Positions 9,384-20,516 of a DNA stretch of 60,992 nucleotides are shown in pieces (the stretch's first letter is position 1; each line of letters begins with the position of its first letter). The notes below the pieces were generated by a model. It had not been told where the DNA came from and searched no databases. It saw only the letters and a list, made by a program, of their open reading frames with translations. Source of the DNA: a candidate division WOR-3 bacterium (GTDB taxonomy: Bacteria > Hydrothermota > Tepidihabitantia > Tepidihabitantales > Tepidihabitantaceae); assembly GCA_037441285.1 (NCBI GenBank), contig JBBISL010000010.1, forward strand, positions 1-60,992, in the 5' to 3' direction. A program made the position numbers and the translations under genes.

Positions 9384-10361
9384 ATGCCCTCTCCTTCCCA
9401 GGGCTGGCTCGACTTCGAGCAACCGCTTGCCGAACTTTTTGACCGTCTGGAAGAGGTCACCGCGCTCGGTGCCGAGTCCGAAATAAAACGCATCCAGAAA
9501 CAGATTGAAGAACTCAAAACAAAACTTTATGCCGACCTCACCCCCTGGCAACGGGTCCTGCTTGCCCGCCACCCAAGGCGTCCTTACACCCTTGACTACA
9601 TCGACCGGATGGTCACCGACTTTGTGGAACTGCACGGCGACCGGTCATTTGCCGACGACCCGGCAATCGTTGCCGGTCTGGGCAAAATCGACCAGGTCCC
9701 CTTTGCCATCATTGGTCAGCAAAAGGGCCGGGACACAAAAGAAAAACTGGCACGCAACTTTGGTATGCCCCATCCTGAAGGCTATCGCAAGGCGCTGCGG
9801 GTAATGGAACTTGCCGCCCGGCACAATGTACCCATCCTCTGCCTTGTTGACACCCCTGGTGCCTATCCGGGCATTGGCGCTGAGGAACGCGGGCAGGCCG
9901 AGGCGATTGCCCGCAACCTGCGTGAAATGGCGCTCTTTGAAGTGCCGATTATCGTCGTTGTCACCGGTGAAGGTGGTTCTGGCGGCGCACTGGCGATTGC
10001 GGTTGGCGACCGGATTTTGATGCAGGAAAATGCGGTATATTCGGTCATCTCACCCGAAGGTTGTGCCGCCATCCTCTGGCGTGATGGCTCGCGTGCGGAG
10101 CAAGCCGCCGAAGTTTTAAAAATCACCGCCCCGGACCTGCTCAGCCTTGGCGTCATTGACGAAATTGTTCAAGAACCGCTGGGCGGCGCCCATCACGACT
10201 GGGACGAAGCCGCCCGCCTGCTCAAAAAGGCGGTTCTGGCAAACTATTATGTCCTCAACACCCTGCCCGGTGATGAACTGGTGCGCCAGCGCATCGAAAA
10301 ATTCCGTGCCATCGGCGTATTTCAGGAGTTACCGGCTTCCCGGGACGGGTCGCCCCGTTAA
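9384..10361 (+). CDS. accA: acetyl-CoA carboxylase carboxyltransferase alpha subunit
   Basis: LDFEQP, ARHPRRP, ELHGDR, PEGYRKA, GEGGSGGA and YSVISPEGCA. Confidence 0.97.
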   Translation: MPSPSQGWLDFEQPLAELFDRLEEVTALGAESEIKRIQKQIEELKTKLYADLTPWQRVLLARHPRRPYTLDYIDRMVTDFVELHGDRSFADDPAIVAGLGKIDQVPFAIIGQQKGRDTKEKLARNFGMPHPEGYRKALRVMELAARHNVPILCLVDTPGAYPGIGAEERGQAEAIARNLREMALFEVPIIVVVTGEGGSGGALAIAVGDRILMQENAVYSVISPEGCAAILWRDGSRAEQAAEVLKITAPDLLSLGVIDEIVQEPLGGAHHDWDEAARLLKKAVLANYYVLNTLPGDELVRQRIEKFRAIGVFQELPASRDGSPR

Positions 10362-11251
10362 TGGCTAACCAGCCCTTTCGCGCCGGCTATGTTGCCATCA
10401 TCGGCCGGCCCAACGCCGGCAAATCAACCCTTTTGAACCGGCTCCTTGGTCATCGCCTCGCCATCGTCACCCCAAAACCGCAGACAACCCGGCATCGGAT
10501 ATTGGGTATTCTCAACGGCCCTGACTATCAGGCGCTCCTCCTTGACACGCCCGGCATCCTTGACCCGAAATACACCCTTCACAAATTTATGAAAGAGGAG
10601 ATAAAAAAGGCGCTGGACGACAGCGATGTTGTCCTCCTGGTCATCGATGCCGCCCAGCCCGAATGTTCCGACCTGAAACTACTTGCGGGCCGCCGCGCCC
10701 TTGTCGCCCTGAACAAAATTGACGCCGTTCCCAAACAAAACCTTTTGCCCCTGACCGCGGCGTGTGCTCAGGCTGGCATTGAAAATGTGTTTATGATTTC
10801 CGCCTTAAAAGGTGATGGCGTTGACGACCTGAAAAAGGGCATTGTCGAACTCTTGCCTGAGGGTGCACCGTTCTATCCACCCGACGCCCTTTCTGAGCGA
10901 CCCGAGCGCTTCTTTGTCGCCGAACTCATCCGCGAGGCGGTTTTCAACCGCTACGGTGCCGAAATCCCCTACTCCACAACCGTGGTGATTGAAGAGTTTC
11001 GGGAACGGCCCAACCGTAAAGACTACATCCGGGCGGTAATTTATGTGGAAAAGGAGTCGCAGAAAGGGATTATAATCGGGGAAGGCGGGCGGGCGTTGAA
11101 AAAGGTCGGCGAAATCGCCCGGGAATCAATTGAGCAATTTTTGGGTCGGCCCGTCTATCTTGAACTCTGGGTCAAGGTTGCCAAATCCTGGCGCCAAAAC
11201 GAAAACTTCATCCGCAAAAATGTCTTCGGAATGGACTTCATCCCCCATTAA
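10361..11251 (+). CDS. era: GTPase Era
   Basis: GRPNAGKST, PQTTR, DTPG, NKID and KH-domain GIIIG. Confidence 0.97.
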   Translation: MANQPFRAGYVAIIGRPNAGKSTLLNRLLGHRLAIVTPKPQTTRHRILGILNGPDYQALLLDTPGILDPKYTLHKFMKEEIKKALDDSDVVLLVIDAAQPECSDLKLLAGRRALVALNKIDAVPKQNLLPLTAACAQAGIENVFMISALKGDGVDDLKKGIVELLPEGAPFYPPDALSERPERFFVAELIREAVFNRYGAEIPYSTTVVIEEFRERPNRKDYIRAVIYVEKESQKGIIIGEGGRALKKVGEIARESIEQFLGRPVYLELWVKVAKSWRQNENFIRKNVFGMDFIPH

Positions 11252-12231
11252 ACACAGCCCTTTCCCTTTCCCCTCCTTGCCTTTGACCGCGGTGAGCGGT
11301 CCGCAACAACTGATTCCCTATTATCAAATTCCAACCGCAACTGCCCGCAGGCTGCGGTGATTCTCGCTAGGGCGAGTTCGGCATATTCGGGGTCAATTTC
11401 ATATCCAACATAGTGTCTACCGGTTTTTAGTGCGGCGATTGCGGTCTGGCCACTACCCATAAACGGGTCAAGTACTACTTCCCCCACAAAAGTGTACAAT
11501 TGAATACATCTTCGAGGTAACTCTTCAGGAAACGGTGCCGGATGACCAACCTTCTTCGCCGATACGGCGGGAAAAGTCCAGACGCTTTTGGTTAACTCTA
11601 AAAACTCCTCTCTGGTAATCGAATTCGGCCTTTTGTATAGATTCATGCGGGTAAATGTCCCCTTAGAAAACACCAGAATGTACTCGTGGATATCCCGGAG
11701 AATCGGATTTTTTGCCGAGAGCCAGGTTCCCCAAGCGGTTGAAGGGCTGGCACTTGTGTCCTTGTTCCAGATTATCTGACCACGCATCAGAAAACCAATC
11801 TCAAGTAGGTCTTCGGTGAGAAAGGCATCAAGAGGGATATAAGGCTTTCTGCCAAGATTGGCGATATTAAGACATAATCGCCCTCCGGGCACGAGAACCC
11901 GATAAGTTTCTTTCCAGACTCGCTTCAAAAACTCACGGTACTCTTTTAGGGTAAGGTCAGCATCGTAATCCTTCCCCACATTGTAAGGAGGAGAGGTAAC
12001 CATAAGATGAACGCTACAATCCGGAAGTTCTGTCATCTGTTCGCTTGATTTGCAGAATATCCGGTCCAGATATTTAGGTGGAATTGGGTTTTCCTCGTAT
12101 TTCATTTTTTGCTCTTTGGGTAGACCTTCATATAAACGGCTCCCATAAAAACGAGTAGAATCATGCCCAATGCGCCCGGGTGAACCGAACGCACTCGTTT
12201 TAGTCCCTTTTTTCGCCCGAGAATATTTCAT
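11248..12231 (-). CDS. site-specific DNA methyltransferase, beta class, probably N4-cytosine
   Basis: TSPPY catalytic motif precedes HPAPFP and the VLDPFMGSG SAM-binding motif; adjacent to an endonuclease. Confidence 0.92.
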   Translation of the reverse strand: MKYSRAKKGTKTSAFGSPGRIGHDSTRFYGSRLYEGLPKEQKMKYEENPIPPKYLDRIFCKSSEQMTELPDCSVHLMVTSPPYNVGKDYDADLTLKEYREFLKRVWKETYRVLVPGGRLCLNIANLGRKPYIPLDAFLTEDLLEIGFLMRGQIIWNKDTSASPSTAWGTWLSAKNPILRDIHEYILVFSKGTFTRMNLYKRPNSITREEFLELTKSVWTFPAVSAKKVGHPAPFPEELPRRCIQLYTFVGEVVLDPFMGSGQTAIAALKTGRHYVGYEIDPEYAELALARITAACGQLRLEFDNRESVVADRSPRSKARRGKGKGCV

Positions 12232-12346
12232 GAGAGAAAATTATAAATTTTTTCAATTTCACCAATTTGCACAACCGGATTTAAAGAAAGCTTAATCTCC
12301 TCCCTCCCCGCACGAAATTCCGAATCCTTCACTCTGATTTGCCTTA

Positions 12347-12979
12347 TCATTCTTCACTCCAAAGTTCGACCCATCTTTTATAGGAATTGAACCTTATTTC
12401 CGTTCTTTGCCACTCAATAGGAATTGCTTTTGTCCCTTGGTCTCTCACAAGACTTATGAGGGCTTCTTTTGTAATTTCAACACCTCTCGGATTTGTTCCA
12501 GATTTGGGTAGTTTTATATAATTGTGTCTGCCTATTCTATTAAAAAGATTTTTCTGGGTTGCCAGTGGAATATAATAAAATCCTCCGGTGCTATTCCAGT
12601 TTATTTGCACAAGCAAGATATCACATTTAGGTTGATAACTTTCACGGAATTCTCTTGCTTTCTCGGCATCCACCGTCCATATCAACTTCACACCGGCAAA
12701 GCCTTTGCCAGTAATCGTCTTGATAGATACAGGTTCACCAAATAGCCTTGCATCCACCTCTGGTTCAGTTATCGGTATTTCGGTCTCAACATTTCCCTGA
12801 CCGAATTTATAAATAAGCAAAGCAACAATCACCCGTTCGCGCACCGACCCAACCTCCATTCCTATCTTCCCGGCACGGGAACTTTCTAACTCTGCTAATT
12901 GAAACAAATAGGGCAACTTTTTCTGGATGCGGTTCACAAGATTCGGGTCTTCAAAAAGTTCGATTAAACGACTTGCCAT
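12347..12979 (-). CDS. ThaI-family type II restriction endonuclease
   Basis: LPYLFQLAELESSRAGKIGMEVGS, D-x-SIKT nuclease core and GTNPRGVE, recognised from memory as ThaI-like; AT-rich and paired with an MTase. Confidence 0.8.
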   Translation of the reverse strand: MASRLIELFEDPNLVNRIQKKLPYLFQLAELESSRAGKIGMEVGSVRERVIVALLIYKFGQGNVETEIPITEPEVDARLFGEPVSIKTITGKGFAGVKLIWTVDAEKAREFRESYQPKCDILLVQINWNSTGGFYYIPLATQKNLFNRIGRHNYIKLPKSGTNPRGVEITKEALISLVRDQGTKAIPIEWQRTEIRFNSYKRWVELWSEE

Positions 12980-12993
12980 CTTTGCTCGCCTTT

Positions 12994-13401
12994 TTATTTC
13001 TTTGCCGGCTGGTTCAGTTCAATCAGCACGCCGCCGGTTGCCTTGGGATGGATGAAGAAGGTCTTGGTACCATCCGCACCGGGCTGCGGTGCCGGGTCAA
13101 CGATTTTAACTCCGGCTTGAGAAAGCCGCTGGAATTCGGCATCAACATCGTCCACCTCAAAACAGATGTGATGGAGCCCTGGTCCCCGTTCGGCAATAAA
13201 TTTGGCAACGGGCGCATCGGGCGCATCCGGTTGCACCAGTTCAATCTTCGTCTCGCCCATCTGAATGAATCCAACCGTCACCTTGCGGTGCGGCACCGTT
13301 TCCTTGCCGGTCAGCTTCAATCCCAGTTGTTCGGCGTAAAATTTTGCTGCCGCATCTAAATCCGGCACCGCAATTGCGATATGGGCAATCTTTTTTATCA
13401 T
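12994..13401 (-). CDS. mce: methylmalonyl-CoA epimerase
   Basis: HIAIAV, IELVQP, GLHHICFEV and FIHPKATGGVLIE; SD GGAG before ATG 13401. Confidence 0.95.
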   Translation of the reverse strand: MIKKIAHIAIAVPDLDAAAKFYAEQLGLKLTGKETVPHRKVTVGFIQMGETKIELVQPDAPDAPVAKFIAERGPGLHHICFEVDDVDAEFQRLSQAGVKIVDPAPQPGADGTKTFFIHPKATGGVLIELNQPAKK

Positions 13402-13402
13402 T

Positions 13403-15070
13403 TCATCTCCTTTCCCGGTCATATTCGCCAAACACGGTGCGCAGCGCATCGCTGATTTCTCCCACCGTCGCACCAACGCGCACCGCTGCCACAATCACCG
13501 GCATCAAATTTTCTTCGGTACGAGCAACCCGTTCCACATCGGCCAGTGCCTGCTGTACCGACCTCGCGTCGCGCCGCGTCCGAAACGCGGCAAGTTCCTG
13601 ACGCCTTTTCTCTGCCAGCGCCTCATCAACCCGCAACAGCCGCAGTTTCGGTTCAATTGCATCACTGAACCGATTCACGCCGACCACAATCCGCTTACCC
13701 TCCTCCACTTCACGCTGGAATCGCCAGGCGCTTTCCGCAATCCGCTCCTGAATAAACCCCTGCTCAATTGCACTCACCGCGCCGCCCCGCTTATCTACCT
13801 CCTCGATCAGCGCCCGTGCCCGGCGTTCAATCTCATCGGTCAGACTCTCAATAAAGTAGGAACCGGCAAGCGGGTCAACGGTGTCGGTAACACCCGTCTC
13901 ATAACCGAGAATCTGCTGGGTACGCAGAGCAATCGTTACCGACTCCTCAGTCGGCAGTGACAGCGCCTCGTCCCGCGAGTTGGTGTGCAGACTCTGGGTT
14001 CCGCCTAAAACCGCAGCGAGCGCCTGATACGCCACCCGAATAACATTGTTCTCGGGCTGCTGGGCGGTTAAGGTTACGCCTCCGGTCTGGGTGTGGAAGC
14101 GCAACTTGCACGAGTCGTCGGACGCGCCAAAACGCTCCTTCAACAGGCGCGCCCACAACCGCCGCGCCGCCCGGAACTTTGCCACCTCCTCAAAGATGTT
14201 GGTGTGGGCGGCAAAGAAAAACGACAACCGGGGCGCAAACCGGTCCACTTCCAGCCCGCGCGCCTTTGCCGCCTTGACATACTCCAGACCGTTGGACAGG
14301 GTAAACGCCACCTCCTCAACTGCGGTTGCCCCGGCTTCGCGAATGTGGTAGCCGGAAATCGATATCGTATTCCATTTCGGCACCTCAGCGGCACACCAGG
14401 CGATGATATCGGTCACCAGGCGCAACGATGGTCGGGGCGGAAATATGTAAGTCCCCCGCGCCACATACTCCTTCAAAACATCGTTCTGAATCGTACCCTG
14501 TAACTTTTTCCACTCCACGCCCTGACGCTCGGCGATAACGCAGTACATCGCCAGTAAAATCGCCGCGGTCGAGTTAATCGTCATTGAGGTTGACACCCGC
14601 TCCAGCGGAATCCCGGCAAACAACCGCTCAATATCCTCAATCGTCGAAATCGCCACCCCAACCTTGCCCACCTCGCCCCGCGCCATCGGATGGTCCGAAT
14701 CGTAACCCATCTGGGTCGGCAAATCAAACGCCACTGAAAGTCCGGTCTGGCCCTGCTTCAAAAGGTAGTGATAACGGGCATTGGTCTCCTCTGCCGAACC
14801 AAACCCGGCATACTGACGCATCGTCCACAGCCGGGACCGGTACATCGTGGGTTGCACCCCGCGGGTAAAAGGAAAACTTCCCGGCAACCCCTGCTGTTCA
14901 AGGTAATCTTCGCCTTCCCGTTCCAGGGGCGTGTAAACCCGCTTCACCGGTATGCCCGAAACTGTCGCCCAATCGTCCTTCGGCTCGGGCACCTTTTCCA
15001 GCGCTGGCTTCAAAACCTCTGCCTCCCAGCGCGCAAGCGCCCGCTTCAACCTTTCTTTATCTTCTGCCAT
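13403..15070 (-). CDS. methylmalonyl-CoA mutase, large (substrate-binding) subunit of a split enzyme
   Basis: [43 protein letters not shown] and GGTQSLHTN; no C-terminal DxHxxG B12 domain. Confidence 0.95.
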   Translation of the reverse strand: MAEDKERLKRALARWEAEVLKPALEKVPEPKDDWATVSGIPVKRVYTPLEREGEDYLEQQGLPGSFPFTRGVQPTMYRSRLWTMRQYAGFGSAEETNARYHYLLKQGQTGLSVAFDLPTQMGYDSDHPMARGEVGKVGVAISTIEDIERLFAGIPLERVSTSMTINSTAAILLAMYCVIAERQGVEWKKLQGTIQNDVLKEYVARGTYIFPPRPSLRLVTDIIAWCAAEVPKWNTISISGYHIREAGATAVEEVAFTLSNGLEYVKAAKARGLEVDRFAPRLSFFFAAHTNIFEEVAKFRAARRLWARLLKERFGASDDSCKLRFHTQTGGVTLTAQQPENNVIRVAYQALAAVLGGTQSLHTNSRDEALSLPTEESVTIALRTQQILGYETGVTDTVDPLAGSYFIESLTDEIERRARALIEEVDKRGGAVSAIEQGFIQERIAESAWRFQREVEEGKRIVVGVNRFSDAIEPKLRLLRVDEALAEKRRQELAAFRTRRDARSVQQALADVERVARTEENLMPVIVAAVRVGATVGEISDALRTVFGEYDRERR

Positions 15071-15086
15071 CACCACCCCTTACCGG

Positions 15087-16640
15087 TTACAACGGTATGC
15101 AGCCGTGCTTCTTCCACGGATTGCACAACTCCTTGTTCTCAAGAACCCGCAAACCGGAAATTATCTTGCGCCGCGTATCCTTAAACTCAATCACCTCATC
15201 CACATAACCCAGTTCTGCCGCCTTAAACGGATTGCCAAACTTCGCCTCGTACTCCGCCACCAGCTGACGCCTTCGCTCCTCCGGATTGGACGCCTCGCTA
15301 ATCTCCTTGCGGAAGATGATGTTCACCGCACCCTCAGGTCCCATTACCGCAATCTCGGCCGTGGGCCAGGCGAAGTTAAAGTCGCCCCGGATGTGCTTGG
15401 AAGACATCACATCGTAGGCACCACCATAGGCCTTGCGGGTAATCACCGTTATCTTTGGTACCGTCGCCTCACAGTAGGCATAAAGCAACTTGGCACCATG
15501 CCGGATGATGCCACCGTACTCCTGTGCCGTGCCGGGCAAAAATCCGGGCACATCAACAAAGGTGACAATCGGGATGTTAAACGCATCGCAGAACCGCACA
15601 AACCGCGCTGCCTTGACCGAGGCATCAATATCCAGACAGCCGGCAAGAAACTTCGGCTGATTGCCCACGACACCCACCACCATCCCATCCATCCGGGCAA
15701 ACCCGATGATAATATTCTTTGCCCAGTGCTGCTGGACCTCAAAAAAACTCCCCTGGTCAACAACCCTTTGAATTATCGCCAGCATATCGTAAGGCTTGCG
15801 CGGGTCATCGGGCATAATCTCCTCAATCCCTTCAACATCCCGCTCTGCTCGGTCCCGCGATTCAATGCGCGGTGGCTTCTCCCGGTTGTTCTGGGGCAGA
15901 TAGGTCATTAACTTCCGAATCCGCTCCAGCAAATCCCGGTCGTCAATATCCTTGAAATGGGCGACGCCGGAAACCGCATTGTGCGTATCCGCTCCGCCCA
16001 GTTTCTCCTTGGTCACCTCCTCCTTGGTTACCGCCTTAATCACCTCCGGACCGGTGATGAACATATAACTGGTCCGCTCGGTCATAAAAATAAAATCGGT
16101 CAATGCCGGCGAATAAACCGCACCCCCGGCACAGGGACCCATCACCGCCGAAATCTGCGGTATGACACCGGATGCCAGGGTGTTGCGCAAAAAGATGTCC
16201 GCATAACCACCTAAACTCTCCACCCCCTCCTGAATCCTTGCGCCACCGGAATCGTTCAACCCGATTACCGGCATCCCCACCTTCATCGCCAAATCCATTA
16301 TCTTACACACCTTCTCGGCGAACACCTTGGAAAGCGTGCCGCCAAAAACGGTAAAATCCTGGGAAAACACCGCCACCAACCGGTTGTGAATCTTGCCATA
16401 ACCGGTAACCACCGCATCACCCGGAATCTTCTTCTTATCCATTCCGAAATCGGTGCAACTGTGAACCCGCAGCCGGTCCAGTTCCACAAAACTCCCTTTG
16501 TCCAGAAGCAGGTCAATCCGCTCCCTTGCGGTCAGTTTCCCTTCCTCATGCTGCTTTTTAATCCGCTCCTCGCCGCCGCCCTTCAACGCCTCTGCGGTCC
16601 GCCGGCGCAACTCCTCAATCACACGCTCATAATTTGACAT
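15087..16640 (-). CDS. acyl-CoA carboxyltransferase subunit (PccB / methylmalonyl-CoA decarboxylase alpha)
   Basis: [44 protein letters not shown] and KKHGCIPL. Confidence 0.95.
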   Translation of the reverse strand: MSNYERVIEELRRRTAEALKGGGEERIKKQHEEGKLTARERIDLLLDKGSFVELDRLRVHSCTDFGMDKKKIPGDAVVTGYGKIHNRLVAVFSQDFTVFGGTLSKVFAEKVCKIMDLAMKVGMPVIGLNDSGGARIQEGVESLGGYADIFLRNTLASGVIPQISAVMGPCAGGAVYSPALTDFIFMTERTSYMFITGPEVIKAVTKEEVTKEKLGGADTHNAVSGVAHFKDIDDRDLLERIRKLMTYLPQNNREKPPRIESRDRAERDVEGIEEIMPDDPRKPYDMLAIIQRVVDQGSFFEVQQHWAKNIIIGFARMDGMVVGVVGNQPKFLAGCLDIDASVKAARFVRFCDAFNIPIVTFVDVPGFLPGTAQEYGGIIRHGAKLLYAYCEATVPKITVITRKAYGGAYDVMSSKHIRGDFNFAWPTAEIAVMGPEGAVNIIFRKEISEASNPEERRRQLVAEYEAKFGNPFKAAELGYVDEVIEFKDTRRKIISGLRVLENKELCNPWKKHGCIPL

Positions 16641-16649
16641 ATATAACTG

Positions 16650-16678
16650 ATAGTAAAAACATCTCAACCCCCTGTCAA
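16650..16678 (-). promoter_or_regulatory. sigma70-like promoter TTGACA-17-TACTAT, 9 nt before ATG 16640
   Basis: Direct motif match; no SD. Confidence 0.7.
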
Positions 16679-17114
16679 CTGATTACTATTTACCAGCCGA
16701 TTATGAGCCCAATTTTACCCCGCAAATCCCCCTTCTTCAGGATAACTATAATCACCCCTTTAACCTTAACCGTCCGAATCCAATTGAGAAAACCGGCTAT
16801 CTCCTCGATAACACTTGACTAATCATACCCTGCCACCCCACCCTTTTCTATGCCAGATTTTCCTTCCCCGATCAAAACCCGAAATGCCGGACAGGTACCC
16901 GCTCCTTGAAGACTGGCTTTGAACCCCAAAACCGTCCCGGGAACGGCTCATTGGTGAGCCCTATGCCGGCGGGCGAAAATCCAATAACATTTTGGAATTT
17001 AGACGCTTACAGGTCGTCCTTACAACTGCACCGTGAAATTTTTCTTTTTCCGGGCTCTGAATATTGGCACCTATCCTTGACCATCATCTTCACCGTGTTA
17101 AACTGTATCCCGAT

Positions 17115-19622
17115 ATGAAAAAAATTTTACCCCTTGTTATTGTCCTGTCCTGTCCCTTATTTATTCGGGCAGATGAAATCCCGTCAATCAAAGACACAAT
17201 TGTCATCCAGGAGTGGCTGCTCTGCGGTCCGTTCTCGGTTGGGGTGCGTGAAGGCATAACCGAGGCGATTGAAGATGTGAATAGCCTCATACCCCGGGAA
17301 GGTGACAGCCTCCGCTCCAGTCTGGTGCAGGGTGGAGTGGTAAAGTGGCACAAGGTGCGTGCCGACTCATCCGGCTGGCTCGAAACCGATTACGAGCAGG
17401 TGCGCTGGGACACAATTGCCGACTACTACGGCATCGCCGGTATAATGGCAACCGGCTACGCCTATGCCGAACTTAATCTACCCTATCGGTGCCGTGCCCT
17501 TGTTGTCCCGACAAAACTTGGCGGCTTTATTTTGAATGGCAAAGGGTACATAGGTGATGTCTATGCCAACAACTGGTTCAAAGTGCCGGTGACGCTTGAT
17601 TCGGGCACAAACCGAATCATTTTGCGCCTTTCCGGTTTTGGGGACCAGCGTGTCCGATTTCTCCTGGTTCCTGTTTCCGAACCGATAATCGCCCTAACCC
17701 GGGATGTCACCATCTTTGACCTCATCGCCGATTCCGGTTTTGTCGCCTGGTGCGGACTGCCCTTACTCAACACCACCACCGAACCAGTTGACCGGGTCCA
17801 GGTTTCGATGAAGATTGACACATTTATTTTGACCGACACCATCCTCAACAACATCCCAGCGCAGGGTGTAAAAAAGCCGGCGCTAAAACTGAAAGTCCCG
17901 CCGCTACCTTTTGACACCGCGGGCTATCCAATGGTCATTTCCCTGCGTTATCAGAACTGGACGCACACCGACACGATAACCTTACGCTCCCGCAAAATCA
18001 CCCAGGCCCACAAAATAACCTTTCTTTCCGAAATTGACTCATCCTGCCAGTACTATGCGGCTCTCTATCCCGAAAACTACGACCCGAAAAAAAGTTACGG
18101 ATTAATTCTCTCCCTGCATGGTGCCGGAGTTGAAGCGTCCGGTCTTGCCGAATGTTTCAAGCCAAAAGATTGGGCGTTTGTTGTCTGCCCGACCAACCGC
18201 CGACCTTACGGTTTTGACTGGCAGGACTGGGGCAGACTGGATGCACTTGAGGTTTTAAATCAGGCGATAAAAAGTTTCCCGATTGACCCGGACCGGGTGG
18301 TTTTAACGGGCCATTCTATGGGCGGGCACGGCACCTGGCACATCGGACTTGCCCATTTTGACCTGTTTGCCGCCATCGCACCGGCTGCGGGCTGGCCCTC
18401 CTTACCCCTTTATGTACCGACCTTTCTTCAGAAGAGCAGTACCTTTGCCGAACCGGCAAAACTGATGGTGCGCGATATGGCAATGCGACCCGACAATGTT
18501 CCGGCATTTCTTGAAAACGCCCGGAATCTGCCGGTCTTTATCCTTCATGGCGGCGACGATGACAATGTACCCGCCCTGCACGGACGAAACTTCGCCCTCT
18601 GGCTCGATGCCCTTAACTACAACTACGAGTATAAAGAGGTACCGGGGCAGAAACACTGGTGGAGTTATGAGGATGGCACGGTTTGTGTTGACGACACCAG
18701 TCTGATGCGCTTCTTAAAGCAAAGCCGCCGAAATCAGGGTCCCCGGCACATCAGATTCCGCACCGCGGACATCGCTCAATCCCGCTCCTGTTACTGGGTA
18801 AAAGTCGACCGGGTCGAAAATGTTGGCTACGACGCCGGCCTTGAAGGGTTTGCCACCGACTCGGTGGTCAAACTTTTCACCGAAAACATCAAGCAGTTAA
18901 CCCTAAACTTTGACCAGCGGCTGTTTTTCTCCAGCGCGATACGGCTGGAAATCGACGGCAAAACTGTGCTTGCCAATCTAACTCTTCCCCGTACCATCGT
19001 CGTCCATAAAACCCGGCACGGCTGGAAACAGGGTCCTGTCCGAACCGCTCAACTCCACAAAACCCCGGAACTTTACGGTCCGGCAAAACAGGTAATGATG
19101 AAACCGTTTACCATCGTCTATGGAACTCAGAACCCCAACCTTGTTGACTTTTTGCGTCACGCGGCAAATCAGGAGGCGCTGCGCTGGTTTTTAATCGGCA
19201 ACGGCAACACCGAAATTGTACCGGACACCGCTCCCATCCCCTTGAACCGTAACCTCATTCTTTTGGGCGGACCAGAAGAAAACCGGTTTACCAGCCGTAT
19301 TGCCGGGCAGTTGCCGATAACCGTCAGGGATGGCAAACTGCACTCTTCTCTGCCCGGTCTGCAACCCGATAGTGTTGCGGTTGTCCTCACCTATCCCAAT
19401 CCGCTCAACCCGGAAAAACTCATTCTTGTCCGGATGGGCACCGACCCGCATTTTACCAAACTGTCCTTTTTCTGGGGTGTAATCGGTTCTGGTACCGCAA
19501 TCCCCGACTTTTTGGTTTTCGACCGCCGGGTTACAAGGTACGGCTGGACAGGAGTTCGGGCTGCCGGCTTCTTTAACCCGGACTGGAAGTTTGACTCAAA
19601 GACCACATTTATCGGCAAATAG
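17115..19622 (+). CDS. exported alpha/beta-hydrolase (S9 peptidase/esterase-like) with an N-terminal beta-sandwich region
   Basis: Signal peptide MKKILPLVIVLS, LHGAG, GHSMGG nucleophile elbow, HGGDDDNVP and a C-terminal His (KHWW). Confidence 0.85.
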   Translation: MKKILPLVIVLSCPLFIRADEIPSIKDTIVIQEWLLCGPFSVGVREGITEAIEDVNSLIPREGDSLRSSLVQGGVVKWHKVRADSSGWLETDYEQVRWDTIADYYGIAGIMATGYAYAELNLPYRCRALVVPTKLGGFILNGKGYIGDVYANNWFKVPVTLDSGTNRIILRLSGFGDQRVRFLLVPVSEPIIALTRDVTIFDLIADSGFVAWCGLPLLNTTTEPVDRVQVSMKIDTFILTDTILNNIPAQGVKKPALKLKVPPLPFDTAGYPMVISLRYQNWTHTDTITLRSRKITQAHKITFLSEIDSSCQYYAALYPENYDPKKSYGLILSLHGAGVEASGLAECFKPKDWAFVVCPTNRRPYGFDWQDWGRLDALEVLNQAIKSFPIDPDRVVLTGHSMGGHGTWHIGLAHFDLFAAIAPAAGWPSLPLYVPTFLQKSSTFAEPAKLMVRDMAMRPDNVPAFLENARNLPVFILHGGDDDNVPALHGRNFALWLDALNYNYEYKEVPGQKHWWSYEDGTVCVDDTSLMRFLKQSRRNQGPRHIRFRTADIAQSRSCYWVKVDRVENVGYDAGLEGFATDSVVKLFTENIKQLTLNFDQRLFFSSAIRLEIDGKTVLANLTLPRTIVVHKTRHGWKQGPVRTAQLHKTPELYGPAKQVMMKPFTIVYGTQNPNLVDFLRHAANQEALRWFLIGNGNTEIVPDTAPIPLNRNLILLGGPEENRFTSRIAGQLPITVRDGKLHSSLPGLQPDSVAVVLTYPNPLNPEKLILVRMGTDPHFTKLSFFWGVIGSGTAIPDFLVFDRRVTRYGWTGVRAAGFFNPDWKFDSKTTFIGK

Positions 19623-20516
19623 ATGGAACAGGTCACACTTTTAGCGCCGGCGAAACTGAATCTTGGATTATGGGTGGGTAAGAAGCGAACCGACGGGTTT
19701 CACGAGATTGTGACCACTATGGTACCACTTGAATTCGGCGATACGGTGCGAATTAGAAAGAACCGCTCCGGACTCAGATTGAAAATCACGGGCATCCAGT
19801 TAACCATCGCCCCGGAACAGAACCTCGCATTCAGGGCGGCAAACCTGTTTTTCCGTCAAATAAAAATCCCGCCCTGCTGCTCCATCACAATCCACAAGCG
19901 CATCCCGCCCGGTTCCGGACTTGGGGGCGGTTCCAGCGATGCCGCTGCCGTGCTACTCGGACTGTCTGCGCTGTTTGATTTCCCCATCTCACCCAAAACC
20001 CTGCACCGCCTTGCTGCCCAACTGGGCAGTGATGTACCGTTTTTTCTGCGCGCCTCAGCCTGTGTTGCCCGGGGCAGGGGTGAACTGCTTCGAAAAATCC
20101 GCCTTCCCCTGTTGAACTTCGTGCTCTTAATCCCAAAATTTGGCGTCAATACCGCCTGGGCTTATCAGGCTCTTGACCGGCAAAGGCGACATTTGACACG
20201 ATTACCGATTTCCCCTAAAATACTGGCGTTAAAGTTGAGGCGCAATGAACCGATAGGGGTCGCCGCGCAACTTTACAACAGTTTTGAACCGGTAGTTTTC
20301 CACCGGTTTCCAGAACTGAAACGGGCAAAAGCCCTGCTTTTGGAAAAAGGCGCCTGTGCGGCAAGCCTGTCTGGTTCCGGCAGTACGGTCTATGGCCTGT
20401 TTATAGGACCTGACCCGATGGCCGTGTTGAAGTTGACGAAACGAGAACTCGCTGGTTTTTCCGCAATTTCCACCCGGTCAAGACCGACCTGCCGCAACAA
20501 TTGGGGTGTTGTCTAA
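19623..20516 (+). CDS. ispE: 4-diphosphocytidyl-2-C-methyl-D-erythritol kinase
   Basis: APAKLNLGL, KRIPPGSGLGGGSSDAA, LGSDVPFF and LSGSGS. Confidence 0.96.
   Translation: MEQVTLLAPAKLNLGLWVGKKRTDGFHEIVTTMVPLEFGDTVRIRKNRSGLRLKITGIQLTIAPEQNLAFRAANLFFRQIKIPPCCSITIHKRIPPGSGLGGGSSDAAAVLLGLSALFDFPISPKTLHRLAAQLGSDVPFFLRASACVARGRGELLRKIRLPLLNFVLLIPKFGVNTAWAYQALDRQRRHLTRLPISPKILALKLRRNEPIGVAAQLYNSFEPVVFHRFPELKRAKALLLEKGACAASLSGSGSTVYGLFIGPDPMAVLKLTKRELAGFSAISTRSRPTCRNNWGVV
20193..20221 (+). promoter_or_regulatory. internal promoter TTGACA-17-TAAAAT inside ispE, probably driving tRNA-Gln-prs-rplY
   Basis: Near-consensus motif at 20193-20198 and 20216-20221. Confidence 0.65.

Noticed and set aside
14952..15911. 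319-aa + strand ORF
   Set aside because: Antisense shadow of the carboxyltransferase gene, with no motifs or initiation signals.
16680..17070. Cobalamin riboswitch upstream of the mutase operon
   Set aside because: No B12-box or core motifs on either strand, and the operon promoter abuts the start codon.
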